Shown one piece after another: positions 30,801 to 42,957 of a stretch of DNA of 64,000 bases; position 1 is the first letter of the stretch; every line of letters begins with the position of its first letter. A program made the translations under genes and the position numbers. Origin of the DNA: the human T2T-CHM13v2.0 reference genome, Homo sapiens; the NCBI RefSeq assembly GCF_009914755.1, contig NC_060930.1; one strand, given 5' to 3'. The notes beneath the pieces are model-generated. The model did no database searches, was not told where the DNA came from, and worked only from the letters and a program-made list of their open reading frames with translations.

Positions 30801-31520
30801 AAAAACCAGCTCCTGGATTAATTGTTTTTTTAAAGGGATTTTCGGTCTCTATTTCCTTCTGTTCTGCTCTGATCTTAGTTATTTCTTTTCTTCTGCTAGC
30901 TTTTGGATTTGTTTGCTCTTGCTTCTCTAGCTCTTTTAATTGTGATGTTAAGGTGTTGATTTGAGATCTTTCTAGCTTTCCGATGTGGGCATTTAGTGAT
31001 ATAAATTTCCCTCTTAACACTCCTTTAGCTGCATCCCAGAGATTCTGGTATGTTGTCTCTTTGTTCTCATTGGTTTCAAAGAACTTCTTGATTTCTGCCT
31101 TAATTTTATTACTTACCCACGAGTCATTCAGGAGCAGGTTGTTCAGTTTTCATGTACTTGTGTAGTTTTAAGTAAGTTTCTTAATCCTGAGTTCTAATTT
31201 GATTGCACGGTGGATTGAGAGACCGTTTGTTATGATTTCAGTTCTTTTGCATTTCCTGAGGAGTGTTTACTTCCAATCATGTGGTCGATTTTAGAATAAG
31301 TGCCATGTGGCACTGAGAAGAATGTATATTCTATTTATTTGGGATAGAGAGTTCCGTAGATGTCTATTAGGTCCACTTGATCCAGGGCTAAGTTCAAGTC
31401 CTGAATATCCTTGTTAATTTTCTGTCTCGTTGATCTAATATTGACAGTGGGGTGTTAAAGCCTCCTATATTATTGTGTAGGAGTCTAAGTCTCTTTGTAG
31501 GTCTCTACAAATTTGTTCTA
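27840..31520 (-). mobile_element. L1PA8-like, 5'-truncated, about 3.7 kb
   Basis: Continuous antisense 3' UTR and ORF2 with broken ORFs ([16 protein letters not shown]; [16 protein letters not shown]; [18 protein letters not shown]). Confidence 0.93.
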
Positions 31521-31654
31521 TATTAACTTCTTTTTCCTAGCTGTTTTGAGGATCCCTTAGAATTTTCAATGTAAATAATTATATCTGCAAGTGAAGGTAA
31601 TTATATATCTGTGTTGCATTTTTTAAATGGTCGCATTTTCAACTTATCACAATC

Positions 31655-31950
31655 TTTTTTTTTTTTTTTAATGGAGTCTTGCTCTTGTCACCCAGGCTCA
31701 AGTGCAATGGTATGATTTCGACTTACTGCAACCTCCGCCTCCTGGGTGCAAGTCATTCTCCTGCCTCAGACTCCTGAGTAGCTGGGATTACAGGTGCCCA
31801 CTACCATGCCCAGCTAATTTTTGTATTTTTAGTAGAGATGGGGTTTCACCATGTTGGCAAGGCTGGACTCGAACTCCTGACCTCAGGTTATCCACCCACC
31901 TCAGCCTCCCAAAGTGTTGGGATTACAGTCATGAGTTACCGTGCCTGGCC
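31655..31950 (-). mobile_element. AluS (Sq/Sx-like)
   Basis: Full dimer with TSD tatcacaatc at 31645 and 31951. Confidence 0.92.
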
Positions 31951-32884
31951 TATCACAATCTTTTATTGTTCTATTTGACAGCATTGGAACATCACTGCTC
32001 CAGTTATCAACTTACCCCTATTATTTGTTTAATTGTTGTCATAAATATTACATTTAAATACATTATAAACCCTATGGTACTGCATAAAAGGTTTGCTTTA
32101 CATATTATGTCATTAAAGTAATTAAGAGAAGAATAAATTATATCGTCACATTTGCCAACATACTTATCATTTTAGGTGATCTTCATTCATTTCTATAGTT
32201 CTAAATTAACATTTTGCATCACTTATTTTCATTCTGAGGAACTAACTTCAGCATTTCTTATTGTATATGTATATTAACAATAATTTTAGTCAGTGCTTTC
32301 TCCATGTCTTTATTTTACCTTCATTTTGAAGAATAGTTTGCTAGACACAATTATAGATTAACAATAGTTTTTGTTCAAATCTTTAAAAATAACATTTTAG
32401 TGTCCTATCAAATGATTTATTTTTATTTAAATTTTCTCATGAAAAATAACCCATCATTAACATCTTTTTGCTTATGTATATAATATGTTGTTTCAGATGC
32501 TTTCAAAATTTTGTCTTATCTTTAGATTGAGCAGTTTAACTATGAAGTGCTTAGTTTCAATTTTTATTAAATTGATCCTGCTTGGGACTCATTTAAACAC
32601 CTTGAATGTTAAAACTGATGTCTTTAAAATTCAGAGGGAAGTTCTCAGGTCCTAATTTTCCATATCCTTTTTTTTCTGCTCCATTCTCTCACTCTTCCCC
32701 TTTTGGAATTAACATTGTATGTATATAAGACTCCTTGATATTATTCCATATATCTCTGAAGCTCTGTTTAATTTTCTTCAATCTTTTTTTCTCTCTGTTC
32801 TTCATACAGGGATAATATAAATAATCTTTCTTAAAGTTTATCGACTTCTTCTTCTACCATCTTTAGTTGGTTATTATTCCCACT

Positions 32885-33345
32885 AGTATTTATTATTGTG
32901 AAACAAATTACCCTAAAAATTTGCAGCTTAAAGCAATGTACATTTATTATCTCACAGTTTCTGTGGGTCATGAATTCAGACAGAGTTTATCTGGGTCCTC
33001 TGCTTGATGTTCTCTCACACGGCTGAAATCAAGAAGTCCACCCAAAGTCTATGATCTCAACTGAAGACTCAGCTGGGAAAGCATTGACTTCTAAGCTCAC
33101 TTCACAGTTTTTGGCAAGATCCAGTTCCTCACTGGCAAGCAAGAAAGAGATTCTAATAGCAAGATGGAAGCCACGATGTTTTGGAACCCAATCATCAAAT
33201 GACATACAATCACTAGTCATCTTCCATTGGTGAGAAGCAAGTCACTTGATCCAGTCTACACTCAAGGGAAGGGGATTACATAAAAGCGTGAATACTACGA
33301 AAAAGGAATCATTGGAGATCATCTCAAGAGCATTCATACAACATC
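32885..33345 (-). mobile_element. MLT1F/G-like LTR inside an old antisense L1M tract (about 31960-34150)
   Basis: aacaaattaccctaaaaattt...atttattatctcacagtttctgtgggtca...gaagcaagtcact...caagggaaggggattac. Confidence 0.7.
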
Positions 33346-34214
33346 ATACCATAATATTAATACTATTCAGTGATTTTTCATTGTAGTTATGGTACTTTCA
33401 TATACTCACATACAGATACATACAAATGGAAAATCTATGTGAATGTATGTTTATGTTAAGCTGTTGCAAAGTCCTTGTCTGCTATTTATAACATCTGAAT
33501 TACCTTGGGGTTATACCTATTAACTACTCTTATTCATGAACATGGGTCACTTTTTCCTGTTTATTCACAAATCTGGTGGATTTTATAGGATACTAGATAT
33601 TATGAATTATGAACTGTAAAGATGACTCTGGATTCCATTTTGTTCCTTTGAAAAGTGAGTTTTGTTCTAGTGGGCAATTTACTTCACTGAGTCAAACTCC
33701 AATGTCCATTTTTTCTTCTGTGGAATGTAGCTAAAATCTCTACTCATTTTTTTCTGCTTCTAGCTGCTGTTTGTTTTTGCTTGGCTCAATGGGCTGTCAC
33801 CTGCACATGCATAGTTTGGTAGTCAAATATTTAGGCAAATTTTATACATAGATTTTGATGCTTACATTCTTCCTAGTCCCTTCTCTTACAACATTTCCTC
33901 CTTAACTTTCTGGCCCCTTCTAGACTCGACTCTATCTTTTTACAACTTAAGCCAGTAAGGCTATGGCTTTCTGTGATTCATGCAAATTTCACTTGCAGTA
34001 CATTTTTAAAGGGTAGACCTCTCTCCACTTGATGGCTGGTTTAAGACCCTCTGTAGTATCTTCAAACAGTTTTCTTTAAATGTTTGGCACTAATTTTATA
34101 GTTGCTATCTGTCAGACAGTTGGTCCCACAAAGCTACTCAGCCATTGCCCTAGTAATTGAATATTTAAACATCTAAGTAACAGATGGCTATTAAGGTTTC
34201 AAAATAATTACCTA

Positions 34215-35950
34215 GATTATAGGGGAGTTATGTCAGCAGGAGGGCAAAATAGAAGATCCCCCAGCGTCACTTCCCCCACCCCAACACACACAAATACAAT
34301 TAGAAATTATTCAAACACCAGAATACTACCCTGAATTTGCAGAACTTAGGAGAGAAATAGAGAAACTCCCTGGGCCCACAGAATCAAGAAAAAACAAACC
34401 AGTAAGAGGAACAATTATTTCAGACTGCTCCACCATCTCCTTTTAAGCTGTCATAATGCCACTCACAGAGAATTTTTACAGATCCACTTTATTGGAAGTT
34501 GGAGGAGAGAACTGGAGGTTGGCATTTGATTTCCCCATTAGTCTGAGAATCTCCATGGGAAGCCCACTCTGATCCTGTCCCATGGGAACCACTGGTAGTG
34601 CCAATTGGGCTGAACCATCTGGAGTGGATTGAGGACAAAAAGCAAGGGTACTGATTACAGCAACTAGCGTGTGGATCTTGGTGGCTGCTATGTGCTCTGG
34701 TCAGTGGCGATGCCACACTGAGGAGACTGATTGGCACCATAGTGTGGCGGGGGTGCAATCCTCAACAAGGCCCAAATCCCTGGATGGATTTCCCACAATG
34801 TCCAGGTGTTTGCATGAAACCTTCTGATGAGCTGAAACAACTAAAAGGTCAGTGAATAGGTCTAATGCTTCCTTAAGTCTTCCCCAAACTGGGAAACAAT
34901 GGTAGGGCAGTGCTTAAATTTCAGTGCAGAGTTTAAGTTCCAGTGCTCACTATATGTCTTCTCCAGGTCAGAAAGCAATAGTAGGCCAGTGATTACATTC
35001 TAATATTAAGTAGCAAATGTATAATACCACCAAAGAACACCTACAAAAAGTGGAAGAGTTGGCTACCCCATCAAATGTGCAAGCATCAACATAAAGAAAC
35101 AAGGATTGTAAAAACTCATGGAAATCTGAAATCACCAAAAGAAACCAGCAATGTTCCAGTAATGAACTCCCAAAAACAAAATATCTAGAAGATGTCTGAT
35201 AAAAAATTCAGAATAATCTTTTAAATGTTCAGGGAATCACAAAAAGATACAGATAGAAACTGAATGAAATTTGGAAAACAATCCAGAGACAAAATTAGAA
35301 ATTTGATAAAGAAATAGAAACAATTTTTGAAAACCAAGTAGAAGTAAAGAATACAATAACTGAAATTTAAAAAACTCATTGGAAAGTTTCAACTGCAGAG
35401 TTGATAAAACAGGAAAAATTCAGTGAGTTCAAAGACATAACATGAAATTACCCAATCAGATGAGAAAAAAGTAAAAGTAATTTTAAAAGAGTGAAGGAGG
35501 CCTATGAGAATTATGGGACAATGTCAAGTGAATTAACCTCTGCATACTGTGAGTTCCTAAAAGGGATGAGAGAGAAAAAGGCCTAGAAAGTATACTTAAG
35601 GAAACAATGGCTAAGAACTTTCCAAATCTGAAAAAAGATGGTAGCATCCAGGTACAGGAAACTCAGAGATCACCAATAAAATTTAACCCAAAGAGATATT
35701 TCCCAAAGTACATCATAATCAAATTATCAAAAATCAAAGACCAAGAAAGGATACTCAAAGCAGCAAAAGGAAAACAAAAAATCACATTCAATGGAGCCCT
35801 AGTGCAGCTTTCAGTGGATTTCTCAGCAGAAACCCTGAAGGCCAGGAGAGAGTAAAATTGACATATTAAAAAAAAAAATCTCTCAGCCAAGAATACTGTA
35901 CTTAGCAAAGCCAAACTTCAAACATGAAGGAGAGATGAAGACTTTTCCCC
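34215..35950 (+). mobile_element. L1M 5' UTR and ORF1 remnant
   Basis: ORF 35607-35855 (MAKNFPNL...IIIKLSKIKDQERILKAA...DFSAETLKARRE) is the L1 ORF1p RRM/CTD region. Confidence 0.82.
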
Positions 35951-37645
35951 AACATCCCACAAGAGCCCTGGGCCTCTCTTTCAAAACCATTATGACCTCA
36001 AGACTTTGGCGCTCTGGACCTATGATGGATGTGGCAGCCTAGATCTCTGAAATGGCTTCAGAGTCATTCTACCGTTGTTTTGATGAATACCTCCTGGCTT
36101 CCCTCTATCCACATGAATCTTACCAATGGTTTCTTGGACACACCCATTGTTTTCTCTCCTAAACTTGATTTTTGTATTCTTTGCATGGGCAGCCTAAAAG
36201 TTTCTAAATCTTTACATTTTGTTTTGTTTTTGGATTATATTTATATATTTCCATCTTCAAATTGTTTCTGTCTCCTTGCACTTTACTAAAGCAGTTAAGA
36301 GAAGCCATGCAGTACCCTCAACACTTTTCTGCTTAGCAATTTTTTTCCATCAAATATTCTAGTTTATCACTCTTAAGTTCTAACTTCCACAGAGTCCTAA
36401 GATACAGACACAACTCAACCAAGTTCTTTGCCACTTTATTACAAGGATGGCCTTTCCTCCTGTTTCCAATACCTTGTTCTTCATCTGCATCTGAAATGGC
36501 AGAGTAGTCTTCACTGTATTTCTACCAACATTCTGTTCACAGCCACTTAAGTAATCTATAAGAAGTATAAGGTCCTCTCTGCAGCTCTCCTTTTCTTTTA
36601 ACCCTTTACCAGAATCACCCTTTCGCCCCACTCATGGCAATATAGGCTTTTTCTAGCCTGCCCCTACCAACTGTATCAGCCTCTGCCTATTACCTAATTT
36701 CAAAGTCACTTCTACATTTTCAGGTATTTGTTATAGGAACACCCCCATTTATCAGTACCAATTTCTGTCTTAGCCCATTTTGTGCTGCTAAAACAAAATA
36801 CCACAGACTAGGTAATTTTTACAAAAAATAAATTTATTTTCTCACAGTGCTCGAGGCTAGGAAGTCCAAGATCAAGGTTAAATAGGCAGATTTGGTTGTC
36901 TGGTGAGGGGTGTATCCTTCAGAAAGGAGAAATGCTGTGTCTTTACATGGTGGAGTTAAGTGAGTCAAATGCTAGACAAAGCTTTTTTTTTTTTTTAAAA
37001 AAGGTCTTAATCCCATTTATGAGGAAGCAGCCCTCATGGCTTAAATCACCTCTTAAAGGCCCCGCCTCTTAACCCTTTTCCTGTTTGCTGAGAATACTCA
37101 CCGGTGGTGCTTGCAGCTGTAGCAATTACCCTGAGATAACTTTGCTATGAAATATTTCACTCTTATTATTATTTTCGCATTGCTCTAGCATATCGACTTT
37201 GGAAACAAAAGACATCATTCTATTTATAGCATTCTACATTTAGTAGTGGTATTTTCATTTACAAAATACAGTTATTTGCATTCACTGAAAATGTCAAATC
37301 CTAGAAAATGCAGCATTTCTACATGTGATGTTAACATCGTTCTGACAGTTGTTGGCCAAGGATTCATTTGATGAATCTGATTTTTCTGAAATAGACGATT
37401 CTGATGATCTAATCAATTCTGATATTAGTTCTGTTTAGAAATAACGCCAGCCAAGAACAGTTTTTATATTTTATTTTCACATTGGAAAATCAAGTCAGAT
37501 TTGCTGCAGCCTCAAAGAGCATGTTTAAGTAAAATTAAATGAGTGCTGGCCATGAGCTGCATTTTTAAAATTCTAAACAGGAAAAGGGTTAATACTATCT
37601 AATTGGCAAGACCTGAATTTTAGAGGGGAGACATTCAAACCACAG
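35950..37645 (-). mobile_element. MST-type MaLR: internal fragment (35950-36765) plus 5' LTR (36766-37645) split by MER75
   Basis: gtaccaatttc|tgtcttagcccatttt internal/LTR junction; LTR resumes after the TTAA at 37593 and ends gacattcaaaccaca. Confidence 0.8.
37073..37588. mobile_element. MER75 piggyBac-family MITE
   Basis: 516 bp; perfect 14-bp TIRs CCCTTTTCCTGTTT/AAACAGGAAAAGGG; TTAA duplications at 37069-37072 and 37589-37592. Confidence 0.93.
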
Positions 37646-39035
37646 GGGTGAAATTCCATTTGGTAAATTCTAGCTCATTTACCAAAAAACTCAAAAAGCT
37701 GCTAGTTTTGAGTAGGGTCTAAAGCAGGAGAAGGCTCCACAACAGGTCTAGGCTGCTGTGCAAGCTGCTCTGCCACTTGGGCCATATGACCTAGCAGCTC
37801 CAAGCGTACTTGAGGTGTCAGTGGCAGATAGGGATAATGTTTGCAGCCTTTGGCAGGCCTCCATAGGTGAATTGCAACAAAGGCCTTTAGGATTTTGGAG
37901 CACTGCCCTGCTGTCATCCACAAATAACTACTCTCTTTTTGAGAGACAGCTCTTGGCCTGCTACTGAGCCTTAGTAGAAACTGAAAGCTTGACCACAGGC
38001 CACCAAGTTACCATGTGACCCAAGATCCCTATTATGAACTGGATGTTCTCTGATCCACCAAGCCATAAAGTTAGGCATGCACAGCAGCACTTCATCATCA
38101 ATGTAAGTGGTATATACATGATCAAACCCAGGCAGGTCCTGAAGGCACAAGTAAGGTCCATGAAGAAGTGGCACAAATGTCCATGGTTTCTGCTTTGCTA
38201 CAATGGCTCCTCTTCTCAGCCTGTAGCTGTAACCTCATGGGAAGTTCGCTATGATCAGCTGATGGGAAGAGAAGACTCAGGCCTGGTTAATAGATAGTTC
38301 TGAACAATATGTGGGTACTACTGACAGTAGACAGCTAGCTGCAGCTCTACAGCCCCTTTCTAAGACATCTCTGAAAGTCCAAAGGTGAAGGAATATCTTT
38401 TTAGTGGGGTAAACTTTGGGCAGTGCCCCTGGTCGTGTGCTTTGTGTGGAAGGAGAAAGGGCCAGATGTGTGATTATATACCAATTCATGGGCTGTAGTC
38501 AATAGCTTGGCTGGATGGTCAAGGGCTTGGAAGAAACATGGTGAAAAACCGGTGACAAAAGAAATATGATGAAGAGGTATGTGGATACACCTTTTTAAAT
38601 GGGCAAAGGACATAAAGACATTTGTGTTCCATGTGAATACTCACCAAAGGATGACCTCAGTAGAGGAGAATTGTAAAAAACAAGTAGATAGGATGACCCA
38701 GTCTGTAGATACCAGTAAGTCTCTTTCCTCAGCCATTTCTGTAATTGTGCAACAGATTCATGAACAAAGTGGTCATGGTGGCAGGAATGGAAGTTAGCAT
38801 AGGATCAGCAACACAGACTTCCACTCACAAAGGCCAACCTGGCCATGGCTACTGCTGGTGCCCAATCTGCCAGCCCCAGAGGCCAACACTAAGCCACTGA
38901 TATGATTAGCCAAGCATATGGTGGCATGGCAGGTTGATTACATTAGACCTAATAGACACTTACTCAAGGTATGTATTTGTCTTCTCTGCATGCAATATTC
39001 TGTTAAAAGTATCATCTGTGGACTTACAGAATGCT

Positions 39036-39089
39036 TATATATATATATATATCCTATTATATTTATTTGTATTACTTTATATATGTATG

Positions 39090-39126
<37 letters not shown>
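39036..39126. repeat. Compound (TA)n / (CA)n microsatellite
   Basis: tatatatatatatat at about 39036-39052 and (ac)n at about 39093-39126. Confidence 0.9.
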
Positions 39127-39129
<3 letters not shown>

Positions 39130-40392
39130 GGGGAGTTTATTATTAACTTACACGATCACAATGTCCCACAATAGGCTGTCTGCAAGCTTGAGAAGCAAGG
39201 AGAGCCAGTCTGAGTCTCACAACTGAAGAACTTGGAGTCCGATGTTTGAGGGCAGGAAGCATCCAGTATGGGAGAAAGATATAGGCTGGGAGGCTAGGCC
39301 AGTCTCACTCTTTTCATGTTATTCTGCCTGCTTTATATTTGCTGGCAGCTGATTAGATTGTGCCCACTAGATTAAGAGTAGATTTTCCTTCCCCAGCCCA
39401 CTGACTCAAATCTCTTTTGGCAACACCCTCACAGACACACCCAGGATTAATACTTCGAATCCTTCAATCCAATCAAGTTGACACTTAGTATTAACCATCA
39501 CAAGTCCACCCCTTGTCAACTTGAACCCATACACATCTCCTGAGATCATACATAATTTTCAAATAAAGACAATAATAAGGTCATAATTACACCTAACATA
39601 ATACAACTATCCTTCGTACAACCAGAAATGTACCAATCCCCAACCCAAATAATATCACATAAAGTTAACAGCACTTAAATGCTGATATGAAATCAAGAAA
39701 TCTTATGTCATATGATAAAGGAAAAGGAAATAAAACAAGATATTTTCTTAGTACAAGTATATACAGGCACAAATATGTTTTTAACAAAAGAAGGAGGAAA
39801 TCCTCATGGTAGTTACAGTCCTCGTTTCTGAAGTTGGTCATGTGGTCATAGCTGGTACTGATGACTACCTTTCTCTACTACCCATTCTGTATTCCCTTTG
39901 CCTTCAGTAAGCACCTCAGCAGATCATGTTTTTTTTTCCTGGTGGGGTGACCCAAAACCTTCATTCCTGAGGGTTCTGGGCCACTTGTAGTCCTGCCTTA
40001 ATTGGGCTACTGAGTTTCCCATTGACCTTAATCACAGGGCATGGTAATACTAAGAGATGCCCTAATGGATCTCCTGTATTCCATGCATACTCTTCCTTAC
40101 CTCTGTTGTGGAGTGGTAGACTGATTTCATCTTGATAGTCTGGGTCAATCACCCCAGCCAACACTGTAACTCCCTTCTTAGCCTGTTGACTTAAAGGTAG
40201 GAGGAACCCAAAGTGTCCAGGTGGCAATCTTAATTTCCAGTTTAATGGAATAATTGTTGTGTCTCCTGGTGGCAGCGTCTCCCCTTTGAAACTAAGATCT
40301 CTAGGCCAGCAGAATGTAATGTCACAGGAACAGGAAGCAAAAATTTTGCTAGTGGATCACTAAGGGTGATGGTTTGTGGTGCCACTTCCACT
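39039..40392 (-). mobile_element. Inverted HERV-L 3' fragment: dUTPase/3' internal region (39503-40392) plus MLT2A1 LTR lacking its 3' end (39039-39502)
   Basis: ORF 39961-40227 has dUTPase motifs (GHFGFLLP; GVIDPDY). PPT gacaaggggtggact then TGTGATGG on minus. The LTR fades into (CA)n/(TA)n just after AATAAA (39136-39141). Confidence 0.88.
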
Positions 40393-42379
40393 CTTATCCA
40401 TGGTCATAGTATCTCATACAGCATTGCTTCTGACCAAGAAACTCATGTCATAGTGAAAGAAGTGCAGCAATGGGCTCATGCTCATCGAATTATCTTATCG
40501 TGTTCTCCATCACCTTGAAGCAACTGTCTTGATAAAATGGTGAAATGGCCTTTTACAGTGCCAGCTAGATGATAACACTTTGCAAGACTGGAGCAGTGTT
40601 CTCCAGCAGACCACAGTTGCTCCAAATCAACACCCGGAATATGGTACTCTTTCTTCCATAGCCAGGATTCATGGATCCAGGAATCAAGGGGTGAAAATGG
40701 GTGTGGCACTACCCGCCATTACCCCTAGTTACACACTAGCAAAATTTTTGCTTCTTATTCCCACAACCTTATGCTCCGCTGGCATGGGTGTTTTAGTTCC
40801 AGAGGGATAAATGTTTCTACCAGGAGACATAACAATTCCATTGAGCTAGAAGTTGACTGCTATCTGGCCACTGTGGGCTCTTCATGCCTCTGAGTCAGCA
40901 GGCTAAGAGAGGAGTAACAGTGTTGGCTGGGGTGACTGATATGGACTATCAAGGAGAAATCGGACTGCTATTCTACAATAGAGGTAAGGACGAGTATGTC
41001 TGGAATACAAGATATCCCTAGGGGGGGCTCTTATTACTACCATACCCTGTGATTAAGGTCAGTGGGAATTTATAATTACCCAATCCAGGCAGGGCTGCAA
41101 ATTGCTGAGATCCTACAGGAATAGACATTTGGGTTACTCCATCAGGTAAAGAACAATAACCAGCTAAGGTGCTTACTGCAGGCAAAGGGAATACACAACG
41201 GGTAATAGAACAAGGTAGTTATAAATACCAGCTACAACCATGTGGCCGGTTACAGAAACAAGGGCTGTACAATCTCTATTTTGTTAAGAATAGGTTTTTG
41301 TATATATACACATATATGAAGCAAATATCTTTGTTTTCATTGCTTTCTTATCCTTTGTCATGTAACATAATATGTATTGAGCTTGTATTAGTATAAGTAC
41401 TGTTAATTTTACATCACAGAATTTTAGTTATCGGATATCAGAAAAGGAGTAAATATCATTCAAGAACTTTACCTCCTCTTCTGGGGAAAGGATTCGTGAG
41501 TTTTTGATTTTGCACAAGATAGCTGTATTGTTATTTAGAGATTAAGTATGATAAAGAGATGTGTATGGGTGCTAAGTTGACAAGGGATGAACTTGTGATG
41601 GTTGATTTTGGGTGTCAACTTGACTGGATTAAGAGATATCCAGATAGGTGGTATAGCATTACATATCTTCAGTGCTTCAGTAGGCACTAAGCCCATCCCT
41701 CTTCTGCTGAAAGGAAAACAAACCCAGGTGTTTTAGCATTCAATTAGAATGACTGGACTGCCCTACGTATGTCCATGAGGGTGTTTCCAGTGGAGATAGG
41801 CATTTTAGTCATTGAACTGAGTGGGGATGATCTGCCATCAATGTGGGTATGCACCATCTGATCAGCTGCGGTCTTGGATAAAACAAAAACATGGAGGAAG
41901 GGTGAATTCTTGCTGTCTGTCTTCTGGAGCTTGGGCACCCTTTATCTTCTGCCCTTGGATATCAGATCTCCAGGTTCTCTGGCTTTGGGACTCCTGCACT
42001 CACACTGGCAGCCCCCTAGGCTCTCAGGCCTTAGACCTCATACTGAGAGTTACACCATCATCTTCCATTCTTTGGTTGTGAAGTCTTCAAATATGATCCA
42101 GGCTACTGGATATCCTGGTCCTCCAGGCTGCTGGATCTCCTGGCTCTCCAGCTTGCAGATGGCCCATCATGGGACTTCTCAACTTCCACAATTGAGTGAG
42201 TCAATTTCTCTAGTTAGATAGATAGATAGATAGATATCTCCTATCAGTTCTGTCGTTCTGGATAACCCTGACTAAAACAGTAGCTTTACAGTTTGAAAAA
42301 AAGAGGCAAAAGATAGTTCTGATTTTGAATTGGCTCTAGTTTTTAATATTCAGGTAGATTAAGTGAAAATTTCCTCAAC

Positions 42380-42901
42380 GTTTATGGTACACTTAAATAG
42401 GTGTGATTCTTCTTATTCCTATACACATACTCATTTGCACTGTGACTTTGCTGCTCCTTCCATCAAAGGGTATAGAGCCTATTTCTCCACCCCATGAATC
42501 TGGGTTTGGCCATGTGACTGCTTTGGAAAATGGGACATTAATAAATGTGATGAGCAGTGGCTTGGAAAGGGGTTGAACGTAGGGGCTTACACTCTTGCTA
42601 TTCTTGTTACTGCCCTGTAAATAAGCCTGGGCTAGCCTGATGGATGATGAGAGACACATGGTGTAATCATCCCCATAACCCTGGCCAACAGCCTGCCAAC
42701 TGCCAGATGTGTAAGGTGATCTTAGATCATCTAACCTCCAGCCGACCCATCAGCTGACCATGGACGTGAGCCAATTAGGAAGACAACAGCCAAGTCAGGC
42801 CAACCAGAAATGCTGAGCCAACCAATCATGAGCTAATTATATTGTTGCTTAAACAACAAACTTTTAGGATTTCATGTTATGCAGCAAAAGCTAACTGACA
42901 C
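42380..42901 (+). mobile_element. MLT1G/H-like LTR
   Basis: gtgactttgctgctccttccatcaa...ggccatgtgactgctttgg...ttatgcagcaaaagctaactgac. Confidence 0.75.
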
Positions 42902-42957
42902 GACACTATTCAATCATTTTTCATTATTAGATTAACAAACCTCTACTGAATGCCTTC

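Larger units (their letters stand above)
37670..42279 (+). mobile_element. Older ERVL provirus 3' half (pol RNaseH-integrase-dUTPase) with MLT2B-type 3' LTR 41594-42279; interrupted at 39038/40393
   Basis: Pol remnants (QAALPLGPYDLAAP; FVFHVNTHQR; WQVDYI), polypurine tract gacaagggatgaact, then TGTGATGG...CTGACTAAAACA LTR. Confidence 0.88.

Noticed and set aside
39961-40227. dUTPase-like ORF as a captured cellular DUT copy
   Set aside because: It sits in normal HERV-L context between integrase and PPT/LTR, and is partial and frameshifted.
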